64,000 bases of DNA from an uncultured bacterium. Lineage in GTDB: Bacteria > Cyanobacteriota > Vampirovibrionia > Gastranaerophilales > Gastranaerophilaceae. The translations under genes were made by a program, and so were the position numbers. The notes below the pieces were generated by a model. The model saw nothing but the letters and a program-made list of their open reading frames with translations, did not search any database and was not told the origin of the DNA. The stretch spans positions 2,174 through 66,173 of the forward strand of contig CACYKF010000003.1 of NCBI GenBank assembly GCA_902774905.1, written 5' to 3'. Positions 28,961 to 38,733 of the stretch are shown in pieces (the stretch's first letter is position 1; every line of letters starts with the position of its first letter).

Positions 28961-29575
28961 CTATCCTGCCATTTCAATCCAACTGTTATCAGATATTAAT
29001 TCGCCTGTCGGATTTCTTTTTACAATAGTGGTTTCTAATTTGCCGTTAGGGTATAGGTCTTGATAATATTTGATTTGTCCGTTATCTTGCGTGAATGTTC
29101 TGCGTAATACTCTTTCAAGATGTGAATAATTTTTACCCTCATAAGGCACTTCTATATGCACCTTTCGTATTTTATAATCGGTTAGTTTTTCGGGATTAAT
29201 TTCACCGCTTGTAATCATATTATTTAATTTAGAGCCGACAACACCCCAAACTCCGTCTTTGGGTACTCTGCGTTTTGGCAAGATTTTTTCAGATAAATAT
29301 TTTAATACCGCTTTACTGCTTTCTATACACCCTTTGGAATGTTCAGCATCCATTAAAGCCGTATAATAACTAATACTACGCCCGAATGATACATTTGAAG
29401 CCAACCCCTCACCCGAACCTGTAAAACTCATTTTATTCGTCAACAGGTTCGACCTCTCCCTTTGGTAGAGGTTTGTTTGATTGTTGTTTGGGCACATTGA
29501 ATTAATGCACCCATAACTTTGCGTTTGATTTTGGTATATGGGCATAATCCCCATATATTTACCCCTGATTAGCAT
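28961..29575 (-). CDS. hypothetical protein (204 aa)
   Basis: Start trimmed to MLIRGKYMG..., which has a GAAAGGAG RBS. Q/N-rich N-terminus and a globular C-half. No family recognised. Confidence 0.55.
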   Translation of the reverse strand: MLIRGKYMGIMPIYQNQTQSYGCINSMCPNNNQTNLYQRERSNLLTNKMSFTGSGEGLASNVSFGRSISYYTALMDAEHSKGCIESSKAVLKYLSEKILPKRRVPKDGVWGVVGSKLNNMITSGEINPEKLTDYKIRKVHIEVPYEGKNYSHLERVLRRTFTQDNGQIKYYQDLYPNGKLETTIVKRNPTGELISDNSWIEMAG

Positions 29576-29753
29576 ATTAATGCTCCTTTCATAAATGTAC
29601 TGATAGTAATAACAAAAACTCAAATTGTGTTGGTCGGCAACTTCGCCAATCAACACTAAATAAATCGTCTAAATCGTTTTGAGTAATATCTGTCCATTTA
29701 TGTCCTTTGTTTTTCTTGATTTTATAATAACACGAGAAAAAATAAATTTGCTA

Positions 29754-29814
29754 CTCTTGTAATAAAATTTTACAAGAGTAAAACAGGAAGTGAGAATTTT
29801 CACTTCCTTGTTTT
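29754..29814 (-). terminator. tandem hairpins after the Spy-like gene (copy 2 of the repeated hairpin)
   Basis: Hairpin aaaacaggaagtga / tcacttccttgtttt (one bulge) is adjacent to hairpin ctcttgtaa / ttacaagag. Confidence 0.55.
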
Positions 29815-29827
29815 ATTATTTTATATC

Positions 29828-30385
29828 TTACTTTTCTTCTTTTTGTGGAGGTGGAGGAGGGAAGATCCCTTTTTCCCCGCCTTTAAAGTCAGGACCAAAC
29901 ATTCCAAACGGTGGTCTTGGCGGATGTTTCTTTTCAAATCTTTTTCTGCCTTCAGATTTCATCTTTGCAAGTTCGTTTTTCTGCTCATCAGTTAAAATCT
30001 TTTCAAAATCTTTTCCGTTTTGTTTTCTGATTTGATGTGCCTTTTTGTCAAGTTTTCTCATCTCTTTGAACTTTTTGGATATTTGTTCATGTTTTTTTGT
30101 TTCATCTAAATCAGATTTTTTAATTGTACCTATCTCTTTTTTTAGTTCAATCTTTTTATCCATCAAAGATTTCATTTGTTTTGCACCTTTTTGATGAATT
30201 TTCTTTGCTTTAGTCTTTTGTTCTTCCGTTAAATTCAAACGCTTTTCAAAAGATTGTCTGACTTTCATTTGTTGTTCTTTTTGCGGTTTTTGAGGAATAG
30301 TATCGGCGGATTCATTTGCAAAAGCCTGCGCTGAACCGATTGTTAAAACTGCCGATAATAAAAGTACAGGTAGTAATTTTTTCAT
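29828..30385 (-). CDS. Spy/CpxP-like periplasmic protein (LTXXQ motifs)
   Basis: Signal peptide MKKLLPVLLLSAVLTIGSAQA, two LTxxQ motifs (LTEEQK, LTDEQK), a Lys-rich helical body and a Pro-rich tail. Confidence 0.7.
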   Translation of the reverse strand: MKKLLPVLLLSAVLTIGSAQAFANESADTIPQKPQKEQQMKVRQSFEKRLNLTEEQKTKAKKIHQKGAKQMKSLMDKKIELKKEIGTIKKSDLDETKKHEQISKKFKEMRKLDKKAHQIRKQNGKDFEKILTDEQKNELAKMKSEGRKRFEKKHPPRPPFGMFGPDFKGGEKGIFPPPPPQKEEK

Positions 30386-30395
30386 GGTGTTCTCC

Positions 30396-30893
30396 TTATA
30401 ATAAGTCTTGTAACTGAATACTTAATTCTTTTTTAGCATTAAAAATGCGTGATTTTATTGTACCTAACGGACATTTTAACTTTTGCGCGCACTGTTCGTA
30501 TGAATATCCGTCAATTTCTGTCATAATTATTACTTCTTTGAGTTTTGGTTTTAAGCCTTCTATGGCTTTAATTATTTGTTTTTGCCTTTCTAAATTTATT
30601 ATCTTATCTTCAGGTGTTGATTTTTTATCTTTTACACATTCTAATGTGTAGTCCTCGTTGTCGGATGTATTAAAAACTTTGTAATACGCAGATTTAAGAT
30701 AATCCAATGATGTGTTTTTGGTAATCATTGAAATCCAACTTTTCAATGACCCTTTTTCTTTGTATTTGTCTGAATTTTTCCAAATTTTAAGATAAACTTC
30801 CTGCTCTATATCTTCATTTTCTTCTTTGGTTATCAGGCGAATAATATTTTTGATATTTTGTTTGTTATTTTCAATTATTTTGTTAAAATCCAT
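30396..30893 (-). CDS. ECF-type RNA polymerase sigma factor
   Basis: Region 2 (DIEQEVYLKIWKN...SWISMITKNTSLDYLK) and region 4 (EVIIMTEIDGYSYEQCAQKLKCPLGTIKSRIFNAKKEL). Confidence 0.9.
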   Translation of the reverse strand: MDFNKIIENNKQNIKNIIRLITKEENEDIEQEVYLKIWKNSDKYKEKGSLKSWISMITKNTSLDYLKSAYYKVFNTSDNEDYTLECVKDKKSTPEDKIINLERQKQIIKAIEGLKPKLKEVIIMTEIDGYSYEQCAQKLKCPLGTIKSRIFNAKKELSIQLQDLL

Positions 30894-31238
30894 CTACTCT
30901 ACCATTATTAAGCCGTACGAATCAACAGGCAATCCTAAATCTTCCGCACTTAAAGTCGTACCGTATCTCAATGTATCCGATATATCGGTATTAAAATTCA
31001 TAATCCCAATTCCCGTACCCAAAAAGACAAACAACAATAAAGAGCATGCGATTTTGAAAACCTTTGATGATTGACGCTTCTTTTTGTAATAAGGTTTTAC
31101 TTCCTGAACCAAAGAAGAAATTTTTTGCATCTTTTCATGCTCTTTTCTGCAATCTTCACATTCTTCAAGATGTTTTTGAAAATCTTCTTCACTTGCAAAA
31201 GTAAAATATGCTTCGTATTTTGAACATTTTTTTGTCAT
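30894..31238 (-). CDS. anti-sigma factor (zf-HC2, single TM)
   Basis: H-x3-C-x2-C motif (HLEECEDC) and TM helix IACSLLLFVFLGTGIGIM. Its stop abuts the sigma gene start. Confidence 0.75.
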   Translation of the reverse strand: MTKKCSKYEAYFTFASEEDFQKHLEECEDCRKEHEKMQKISSLVQEVKPYYKKKRQSSKVFKIACSLLLFVFLGTGIGIMNFNTDISDTLRYGTTLSAEDLGLPVDSYGLIMVE

Positions 31239-31261
31239 AATTTATATCCTTTACAACATTA

Positions 31262-31287
31262 TAACGATTAGAAAATAAAAAAGTTCA
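31262..31287 (-). promoter_or_regulatory. ECF-type promoter candidate
   Basis: On the minus strand TGAAC-N16-CGTTA. The -10 element ends 23 nt before the anti-sigma start codon. Confidence 0.55.
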
Positions 31288-31556
31288 TTTTTTATAAAAT
31301 TATTTACCTATTTACACATATAATCCTTTTGTATTATATAAAAATACTCCCAAAGAGTAGTGGTAATCTATACTAAAGAATGGTGCAACACAATGGCATG
31401 AGGGTTTATTATATTAATGTAAGTTCAATGCATCCAGGCACTTTTTCGGGGTTGCGATAAGATTTGTTTCTTTTCCGGTTTGGTTTAAAATGTTTTGAAC
31501 TTACACTTTATTAGCGAATTTTTCATGTTTTATAACTTCCGGCTTGTTTTGTTTTC

Positions 31557-31585
31557 TTGCAAGGCAAGTCTTTTTATTTTATAAT
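31557..31585 (+). promoter_or_regulatory. sigma-70-type promoter of the parvulin gene
   Basis: TTGCAA-17 nt-TATAAT, about 34 nt upstream of the ATG at 31619. Confidence 0.65.
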
Positions 31586-31618
31586 AGTTTGGTAAAAGTT
31601 TTAGAAGGAGTTTATATT

Positions 31619-31903
31619 ATGACAGAAGTAAGAGCAAGCCATATTCTTGTTAAAACAGAACAGGAAGCAAAAGATCTATATGACGAAATAACTTCAGGCA
31701 AAATTGATTTTGCCGATGCGGCTATGGAAAAATCTATGTGTCCGTCAGGCAGAGCAGGCGGAGATTTGGGCTTCTTTGGCAAAGGAATGATGGTTAAACC
31801 GTTTGAAGATGCTTGCTTTTCTATGGAAGTCGGGGAAATTTCACAGCCTGTTGAAACTCAGTTTGGCTGGCATTTAATTCAACTTACCGGAAAAGAAGAT
31901 TAA
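31619..31903 (+). CDS. PpiC/parvulin-type peptidyl-prolyl isomerase
   Basis: ASHILVKTEQEA...CPSGRAGGDLGFFGKGMMVKPFEDA...FGWHLIQ. Start trimmed to MTEVRASHIL, which has an AGAAGGAG RBS. Confidence 0.9.
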   Translation: MTEVRASHILVKTEQEAKDLYDEITSGKIDFADAAMEKSMCPSGRAGGDLGFFGKGMMVKPFEDACFSMEVGEISQPVETQFGWHLIQLTGKED

Positions 31904-31929
31904 TTTATTCTGCAATTGCGGGGGAAAAT

Positions 31930-33492
31930 ATGAATATCAGGGATTTTATGCAGACTAATGGAATACATTATCTGCTTGTCAATTCAACTAATGAATTTTT
32001 GGTTGAATACAATACTTTGGCGCAAAATTCACGCTACAAACTTACCGGCTTTACCGGTTCAACGGGCGAAGCGCTTGTTACTCCTCAAACAATTTATCTG
32101 TTTGTTGACGGTAGATATCACATTCAGGCTGAAAATGAGGTTGACCCAAATATTGTGACTATTGTAAAACTGCAAAGTTTAGAAAACCTTATTGATGAAA
32201 TTATGGCAAGAGTACCTGAAAACGAAGTTTTAGGGGTATTTTCAAAGAAAATATCACAAAACAGAGCATTAAAACTGAGTGCAAAGCGTGAGCTGAAATA
32301 TTTTGCAAAAGACCCGTTTGATGAAGATACAAATTATGATAATAGCGGGGATATTTTGATAGATACAAAATATACAGGTTTATTATCAGAAGATAAAATA
32401 TCAAATATTTCCGCAAATTTGAGTAATGATGAAGCACTATATATTACGGATTTGGATGAAGTGTCTTATCTTTTTAATATGCGGAACTTTACAAGACAAA
32501 CTTATAGCGCAAAAATTCAGGCAAAAGCAATTATAATGAAAGATAATGCAATATTGTTTTCAGGAGAAAAGTTAAAAACTCTTGATGATTTTTTAACAAA
32601 TGTGAAACATGATGTTTTTGTTGATAAAAACAATATTAATGCCTATGAGTATAATTTGCTTGGTAACAGGGCTTTTGAAATGAAAATAAATCCTGTTAAA
32701 CTAATGAAAGCACAAAAAAACAAGTTTGAACTTGAACATCTGAAACAGGCTTTTGAAAAGACTGATAATGCAGTAAAAGCAATAAGAGAGTACATCAACA
32801 ACAACGACAAATTATCCGAATTTGATATAGCGGTTCAACTTGCAAAAGAATTTAAAAATCAGGGCGCAACAGGATTAAGTTTTGCCCCGATAGTTGCAAA
32901 AGACCAAAACAGCGCACTTGCACACTACTCAAAATGTTCAAAAGACGAAATTATAACAGACGGGAGTCTTGTTTTAATAGACTGCGGAGCATACTTTGAA
33001 GGCGGACTTGCAACAGATATTACAAGAGTTTTTGTAAAAGGTGAACCGAAACCATTGCATAAAAAAATCTATACGACAGTACTTAAGGCATTTTTGAATG
33101 CATACAACTACGGGAAAACACACAATCAAAGACCATTGTACGGACAAGAAATACATAATTTTGTAAAAAATTATTTTGCAAATATGGATTTGGAAGGATT
33201 TGTATTTAATCACGGATTAGGTCACGGAATAGGGGTAAATGTTCACGAATATCCTCCAAATTTGAGCGAAAGAGAGATTGCAAAAGTTCCGCTGCTTGAC
33301 GGAGAGTGCTTTTCAATTGAACCCGGACTTTATAAGCAGGGTGAATTTGGAATAAGACTTGAAAATTCCTGCTATTATAAGGACAGTAATATTCATTCTT
33401 TTGTTAAAATGAATTATGAGAAAAAACTTATTGATTATGATATGCTAACAGATATTGAAAAAGAATGGCTTAGCGAATTTGAGGTAATATAG
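31930..33492 (+). CDS. Xaa-Pro aminopeptidase (M24B)
   Basis: Creatinase-like N-domains and M24 metal ligand motifs (DCGAYFEGGLATDITR, HGLGHGIGVNVHE, EPG). Confidence 0.85.
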   Translation: MNIRDFMQTNGIHYLLVNSTNEFLVEYNTLAQNSRYKLTGFTGSTGEALVTPQTIYLFVDGRYHIQAENEVDPNIVTIVKLQSLENLIDEIMARVPENEVLGVFSKKISQNRALKLSAKRELKYFAKDPFDEDTNYDNSGDILIDTKYTGLLSEDKISNISANLSNDEALYITDLDEVSYLFNMRNFTRQTYSAKIQAKAIIMKDNAILFSGEKLKTLDDFLTNVKHDVFVDKNNINAYEYNLLGNRAFEMKINPVKLMKAQKNKFELEHLKQAFEKTDNAVKAIREYINNNDKLSEFDIAVQLAKEFKNQGATGLSFAPIVAKDQNSALAHYSKCSKDEIITDGSLVLIDCGAYFEGGLATDITRVFVKGEPKPLHKKIYTTVLKAFLNAYNYGKTHNQRPLYGQEIHNFVKNYFANMDLEGFVFNHGLGHGIGVNVHEYPPNLSEREIAKVPLLDGECFSIEPGLYKQGEFGIRLENSCYYKDSNIHSFVKMNYEKKLIDYDMLTDIEKEWLSEFEVI

Positions 33493-34238
33493 TGGAAATA
33501 ACAAGCACTAATAACGAATTAATAAAAACTTGCGCAAAACTTCAGCAAAAAAAGTATAGAAATGAATCTGGGAAATTTTTGCTTGAAGGCTATAAAGCCA
33601 TCAAAGAAGCATTTGACTACGGTTTAGAGTTAGAAAATGTTTTTGTTGATAAAGAACACATTAACGACTATCAATTTGTAAAAGAATTGATTATTGAAAC
33701 GAATTCCGCAGTACTGAAAAAAATTTCTTCAACAGAATCCGCCCCGCCTGCCGTAGCAGTTGCAAAACAAAAAAACTATGATATAAAAATTTTCAAAACT
33801 CTTAAAAAAATCATACTGTTAGAAGGAATAAAAGACTTGGGGAATTTAGGGACAATAATTCGCTCTGCTGTTGCATTCGGATGTGAAGGAATTGTTCTTT
33901 ACGGCGATTGTGCAGATATATATAACCCAAAATGCGTTCGTTCATCAGTCGGAAACCTTTGGAAAATACCAATTGTGCATATTGAAAAATTTGAACTTTT
34001 AAAAAATACCTTTGGGGATTTTTCAAGAATTGCCACTTTGCCAAAAAGCAGAAATTATTTAAAGAATTTTTTGCTTAAAGAGCCGGCTCTTATTATGTTC
34101 GGAAGCGAAGCAGACGGGCTTTCCCCCGAACTTCGAAACTTTTCAACGCACAATGTCAAAATTGAAATGAAAGAAAATGTTGAATCTTTAAATCTTGCAT
34201 CTTCAGTTTCAATTATTGTGTATGAATTATTTACTTAA
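33492..34238 (+). CDS. SpoU/TrmH-family RNA 2'-O-methyltransferase
   Basis: LLEGIKDLGNLGTIIRSA, FGSEADGLS and ESLNLASSVSIIVYE motifs. The GTG start overlaps the preceding stop. Confidence 0.85.
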   Translation: MEITSTNNELIKTCAKLQQKKYRNESGKFLLEGYKAIKEAFDYGLELENVFVDKEHINDYQFVKELIIETNSAVLKKISSTESAPPAVAVAKQKNYDIKIFKTLKKIILLEGIKDLGNLGTIIRSAVAFGCEGIVLYGDCADIYNPKCVRSSVGNLWKIPIVHIEKFELLKNTFGDFSRIATLPKSRNYLKNFLLKEPALIMFGSEADGLSPELRNFSTHNVKIEMKENVESLNLASSVSIIVYELFT

Positions 34239-35085
34239 CAAGTTCTTTCAAATAATTCGGAAGCGCAAATCTTGCGTAATGATAATCCTTATTATACATC
34301 TTGCAAGTTGGTATAATTTCGTTTGCTCTTTCGTCATTGTAGTATTTCAAAGGTTCTACATCTACGGAACAAAATGCCCAAGCCCAGTAACCGCCGGGAT
34401 AAGTTGGCATATTTGATGTATAAGTGGATACAATCGGAAATACTCTATGCAACTGCTCATACATTTTTTTGATTTCGCTATGATTTGTAACGGGAGATTC
34501 AGACTGAGCAGCCATTATACCGCCTTTTTTGAGAGAATTTTTAATATTTGTGTAAAATTCATCTGTAAATAGACCTTCTCCGGGTCCCATAGGGTCTGTT
34601 GAATCGATTAAAATTATATCGTATTTGTCATTCTTATCTTTTATAAATTCAATCGCATCTTCAACTCTTATTTCAACCTTAGGATTATCAAGTTCGCAAG
34701 CAACAGTCGGCAAGAATTTTTTGGATGCTTCAATTACCATACCATCTATTTCGCATAAAACAACTTTTTCAACAGTCTTGTGCTTTAAAACTTCCCTTAC
34801 TGTTCCACCATCACCGCCTCCGATAACAAGAACAGATTTTGGGCACGGGTGCTGCATCATAGGAATATGAGATATCATTTCGTGATAATGGTATTCATCA
34901 CCTTCTGTTACCATCATCAAATCGTCAAGAGTCAAAACTCTGCCTAACATTGAGTCTGATTCAAAAACTTCAACTTTTTGAAACGGAGAATTATCGGAAA
35001 ATAAAACTTCTTTTGCCTTTATAGCCAAACCAAATCCCTGCGGGGTAATTTCATGATAATAACCGTTTTCTATACCATTTTTCAT
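34231..35085 (-). CDS. speE: spermidine synthase
   Basis: SPFQKVEVFES, VLVIGGGDGGTVREVLKH and IILIDSTDPMGP motifs. Start set at MKNGIENG, which has a GAAAGGGAA RBS. Confidence 0.9.
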   Translation of the reverse strand: MKNGIENGYYHEITPQGFGLAIKAKEVLFSDNSPFQKVEVFESDSMLGRVLTLDDLMMVTEGDEYHYHEMISHIPMMQHPCPKSVLVIGGGDGGTVREVLKHKTVEKVVLCEIDGMVIEASKKFLPTVACELDNPKVEIRVEDAIEFIKDKNDKYDIILIDSTDPMGPGEGLFTDEFYTNIKNSLKKGGIMAAQSESPVTNHSEIKKMYEQLHRVFPIVSTYTSNMPTYPGGYWAWAFCSVDVEPLKYYNDERANEIIPTCKMYNKDYHYARFALPNYLKELVK

Positions 35086-35106
35086 TATAATATTCCCTTT
35101 CATAAA

Positions 35107-35136
35107 CAAAACCTGCACAATATATGCGCAGGTTTT
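35107..35136 (-). terminator. hairpin between the HIT gene and speE
   Basis: aaaacctgc / gcaggtttt stem with T-rich flanks on both strands. Terminator or leader attenuator. Confidence 0.45.
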
Positions 35137-35164
35137 ATTTTATCATATAAATATATTCATTCAA

Positions 35165-35479
35165 TTATTTTTTACCTAAGATATGTATATGAAGATGAAA
35201 TACTTCCTGTCCTGCCTCTTTGCCTGTGTTTATTTGTGTTCTGTAAGATTTTAAACCAACCTTTTTTGTCACTTCCTGAACAGTTTGCAAAAGTTCCGCA
35301 AGCAAATCCTTATCATCAACATCATTTAGTGTTGCATAATGTTTTTTGGGACAAACAAGCATGTGGACAGGAGCCTTTGGATTTATATCATTAAATACAA
35401 CGGTATTTTCACTTTCATACACAAATTCCGTTCCAAAATCACCATTTATTATCTTACAAAAAATACAATCTTCACTCAT
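35165..35479 (-). CDS. HIT-family nucleotide hydrolase
   Basis: CIFCKI N-terminus and the histidine triad HLHIHILG. Confidence 0.9.
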   Translation of the reverse strand: MSEDCIFCKIINGDFGTEFVYESENTVVFNDINPKAPVHMLVCPKKHYATLNDVDDKDLLAELLQTVQEVTKKVGLKSYRTQINTGKEAGQEVFHLHIHILGKK

Positions 35480-35482
35480 AAT

Positions 35483-36061
35483 TTACCCCCTTAACTTTTT
35501 ACCCAATGAAAGACCTGCAGGCAAAGGCAGAACAACATTTTCATAATTCGGATTGCTATTGATATCTTCTAAAAATGGTTGAACCTTTTGCGCATGCGAA
35601 ATTACATTATCACACGCTATATATCCTCCGACAACTAAATGCGGTTCAATCAAATGGAAAAAGTCAATATACTGCTTTTTACATGCATCAACAAATGCCA
35701 AATCAATCTTAAAATCGTCAGGAAGATATTCAAGTATTGTTGAAGCATCCCCCTGTTTGATTTCTATAATATCGTCAACCTGGCATTTTTCAAAATTTTC
35801 TTTTGCAAGCACGATTCTTTTTTCATAAAATTCAATAGTAGTAAGTTTCCCGCCTGTTTTTTTTAATGCTTTACCAAGCCAAATACCGGAATATCCGTTT
35901 GATGTTCCGACTTCTAAGACATTTTTTATTCCGCCGTCAACTATAAGATTATACAAAAATTCCGCAGTAGTTCTTGAAATATTCCAAAAATCATGTTGCG
36001 TTTTTTCAAGTTCTTTTAACACTTCTTGTGTTGTTTTGTCAAATGTGTCTATAATCATCAC
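35483..36061 (-). CDS. class I SAM-dependent O-methyltransferase (family 3-like)
   Basis: SAM motif VLEVGTSNGYSGIWL and acidic ligand motifs (FVDACK, CDNV), as in caffeoyl-CoA OMT-like enzymes. Confidence 0.75.
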   Translation of the reverse strand: MMIIDTFDKTTQEVLKELEKTQHDFWNISRTTAEFLYNLIVDGGIKNVLEVGTSNGYSGIWLGKALKKTGGKLTTIEFYEKRIVLAKENFEKCQVDDIIEIKQGDASTILEYLPDDFKIDLAFVDACKKQYIDFFHLIEPHLVVGGYIACDNVISHAQKVQPFLEDINSNPNYENVVLPLPAGLSLGKKLRG

Positions 36062-37473
36062 TTAATCGTTTTAACCCTGTCCGTTACAACAATCGCTCTA
36101 ACAGGAACATCGAGCGGACTTGTTTTGATGATGTCCTTGGTCGTAGTGTCAATAACCGAATACATTCCGGCTTTTGCATTTGTAACCATAATCAGTTCGG
36201 TATTATCAATCGGCGTAATATTTGTAGCAAAAGACCCTGTATCAAGATACAATTTATCAGTAACCATATCGTCTTTTGTATCAATAATTTCGACTATATT
36301 ATCATTTGCTCCGAGTATATACAAATCATCCCCATGAGAATATAACCTGACAGGTTTTTCACAAGTATAAATTTCTTTTACAAGTTCTAAGGTATTATAA
36401 TCAACAATCGCCATTCTGCTCCTTGTTCTGCTTACAGCATATACCTTGCCGTTTAAATAAGCGATATCTGAGATATTTGGAAATGTTCCAAGATTGTTTA
36501 ATTTATAGCGATTATCAAGTTCAATAGCCCATATATCGTTTTTATTTCTGTCAACATAAAAAATCTTTTTGCCATTATCAGCCAAAATTAGTTTGTCGCA
36601 TTTTCCGTTAATCTTTAACTGTCTTTTTTTAGTCATTGTTTGCAAATCAAAGACATAAATGCTTGAACTTGAGCCTGATGAAATATATGCAATTTTGTTT
36701 TCTTTATCTATAACAATCTGCTCAGGAATTTCGTCAAATGTCACATCTTTAATAATCTTTTCATCCATAAGCGATATGACATTCATAACATGAGAATCAA
36801 AATAAGTTACAAGCAAAAATTTACCGTCCCAACCTTTTATATCATTAATCACCGCATTTTGCTCAAGTCCATAGGCAGGAATTTTTGAATTTGAACTTAC
36901 AACCTGAATATTACGGCTGACGCCCGGTGCGATATAAAATGTTTTACCCTCAAGTTCCGCTATCGGAGTAGTCCGCTTTGCAGTTGAAAATCTCAGGTTA
37001 TCAATTCTTAAACCTGTATCATCTGCGACATCTGCATCCAAATCACCTATAATTCCTTTCATAGATGTCGGAATAACAAGACCTTTGGGCAATAACAAAT
37101 CTTGGGACAAAAGCCCTGACTGAATTTCATCAGGGAGATTTGCGATATTTAAAACAGTTTTCTTTCCGTTTATATTTATTACTTTTAACAGGGTATAACC
37201 GTTATTCAAAATGACCATATCCGGTTTATTTTTCATAACCTGACCGACAGGATAGACATTTTTTTCTTTAACCTGTTCCACAGTTTGAATTTTTGACGGA
37301 AATACAAGCAAATACATAGTATTATCAGGCAAAATTATGGCACCATCAAAACGAAAATCCGTTCCTGCAAAATCTTTACTGATAAAATCTTTTACTTCCT
37401 GTGGAACTTCTGCACTCCAAACACTACCTGCAAAAAATAAACACATCATTAAGGATAAGAATAATTTTTTCAT
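36058..37473 (-). CDS. secreted beta-propeller (YVTN-repeat-like) protein
   Basis: Signal peptide MKKLFLSLMMCLFFAGSVWSA. The C-terminal half has repeats of about 40 aa of the form (I/V)Y(V/A)x(S/D)xxxxx(I/V)xx(I/V)D. Confidence 0.65.
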   Translation of the reverse strand: MKKLFLSLMMCLFFAGSVWSAEVPQEVKDFISKDFAGTDFRFDGAIILPDNTMYLLVFPSKIQTVEQVKEKNVYPVGQVMKNKPDMVILNNGYTLLKVININGKKTVLNIANLPDEIQSGLLSQDLLLPKGLVIPTSMKGIIGDLDADVADDTGLRIDNLRFSTAKRTTPIAELEGKTFYIAPGVSRNIQVVSSNSKIPAYGLEQNAVINDIKGWDGKFLLVTYFDSHVMNVISLMDEKIIKDVTFDEIPEQIVIDKENKIAYISSGSSSSIYVFDLQTMTKKRQLKINGKCDKLILADNGKKIFYVDRNKNDIWAIELDNRYKLNNLGTFPNISDIAYLNGKVYAVSRTRSRMAIVDYNTLELVKEIYTCEKPVRLYSHGDDLYILGANDNIVEIIDTKDDMVTDKLYLDTGSFATNITPIDNTELIMVTNAKAGMYSVIDTTTKDIIKTSPLDVPVRAIVVTDRVKTIK

Positions 37474-37474
37474 A

Positions 37475-38605
37475 TTACTTGAATACCCCTTTTACCTTTG
37501 ACACAATAGACTTGTTGTCTTTTGCCTCTTTGCCTGTCTGCATCTCATAAAGTTGTTTATAGAGATTTTTTTCAGGTTCACTCAAATTTGTAGGTGTCTT
37601 TATCTTTAATATTACTATATGATCGCCTTTTTGAGAAGGTCTTGTAATAACAGAAATTCCTCCACCCTTAATCTTTACTATATCACCAAATTGAGAACCT
37701 GACGGAATATTAATTTCATATTCGCCGTATAAAGTTTTTATTTTTACCTTATCCCCAATTACAGCCTGAGCAGGAGAAATTTCAAGTTCTGTAATAACAT
37801 TTATTCCGTCACGCTTGTAATATTTTGAAGGCTCTACATGAATTACAACAAACAAATCACCGTTTGGACCACCGTTAATTCCGCAATCGCCTTCGCCTGA
37901 TATTCTCATTTTTGACATGTTATCAACACCTGCCGGAATTTTGATTGAAACCGTACGCTCTTTATTAACCTGACCTTGCCCTGAACAAGTTTTGCAAGGA
38001 TTATCTATCACCTGACCTGCTCCATGACAACGCGGACAAACAGAAATTTGAGAAAAACTGCCTAACGGTGTTCTTGCAACCGTCTGAACCTGACCGGCTC
38101 CGTTACATTGCGGACAAGTCTTTGGCTGAGAGCCTTTTTGTGCTCCTGTACCGTTACAATCAGGACAAACTTCAAGATGCTGAAATTTTATCTCTTTATC
38201 GAGTCCAAAAACGGCATCTTCAAACTTTATTTTTACATCATACCTTAAATCATCACCCCTTTGCGGTGCATTAGGATCATGCATACCGCCAAATCCAAAA
38301 TCTCCAAATCCGCCAAAGAATGATTCAAATATATCGTTGAGATTGCCAAAACCACCTGCAAATGGACCGCCTGTATCAAAGCCGGCATTTTTTAAGCCGT
38401 CTTCACCGTAGCGGTCATAGGTTGCTCTTTTATTGTCGTCAGACAAGGTTTCATAAGCCTTACCAAGTTCTTTAAACTTCTCCTCCGCATCAGGGGCTTT
38501 ATTCACATCGGGGTGTAATTGTCTTGCGCGTTTTCTAAACGCTGATTTTATCTCGTCTTTTGAAGCATCTTTTGATACTCCAAGAATTTCATAATAGTCT
38601 GCCAT
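37475..38605 (-). CDS. dnaJ: molecular chaperone DnaJ
   Basis: J-domain with HPD, a G/F-rich linker and four CxxCxGxG motifs ([32 protein letters not shown]). Confidence 0.95.
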   Translation of the reverse strand: MADYYEILGVSKDASKDEIKSAFRKRARQLHPDVNKAPDAEEKFKELGKAYETLSDDNKRATYDRYGEDGLKNAGFDTGGPFAGGFGNLNDIFESFFGGFGDFGFGGMHDPNAPQRGDDLRYDVKIKFEDAVFGLDKEIKFQHLEVCPDCNGTGAQKGSQPKTCPQCNGAGQVQTVARTPLGSFSQISVCPRCHGAGQVIDNPCKTCSGQGQVNKERTVSIKIPAGVDNMSKMRISGEGDCGINGGPNGDLFVVIHVEPSKYYKRDGINVITELEISPAQAVIGDKVKIKTLYGEYEINIPSGSQFGDIVKIKGGGISVITRPSQKGDHIVILKIKTPTNLSEPEKNLYKQLYEMQTGKEAKDNKSIVSKVKGVFK

Positions 38606-38733
38606 AACTTTTTATATCAAATATCCCTGTTTTTCTTGTACTCTCACCCGAATTTCAAAAAACTCATAACTTGTTTTGAAATTCCACACTCTGCCAAATG
38701 CAGAGAGATGAGTTTAATATATTTATACTACAA

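Noticed and set aside
31544-31618. Longer 119-aa form of the parvulin ORF starting at TTG 31544
   Set aside because: The extension overlaps the TTGCAA-17-TATAAT promoter. The internal ATG at 31619 has a strong AGAAGGAG RBS and gives a canonical parvulin length.
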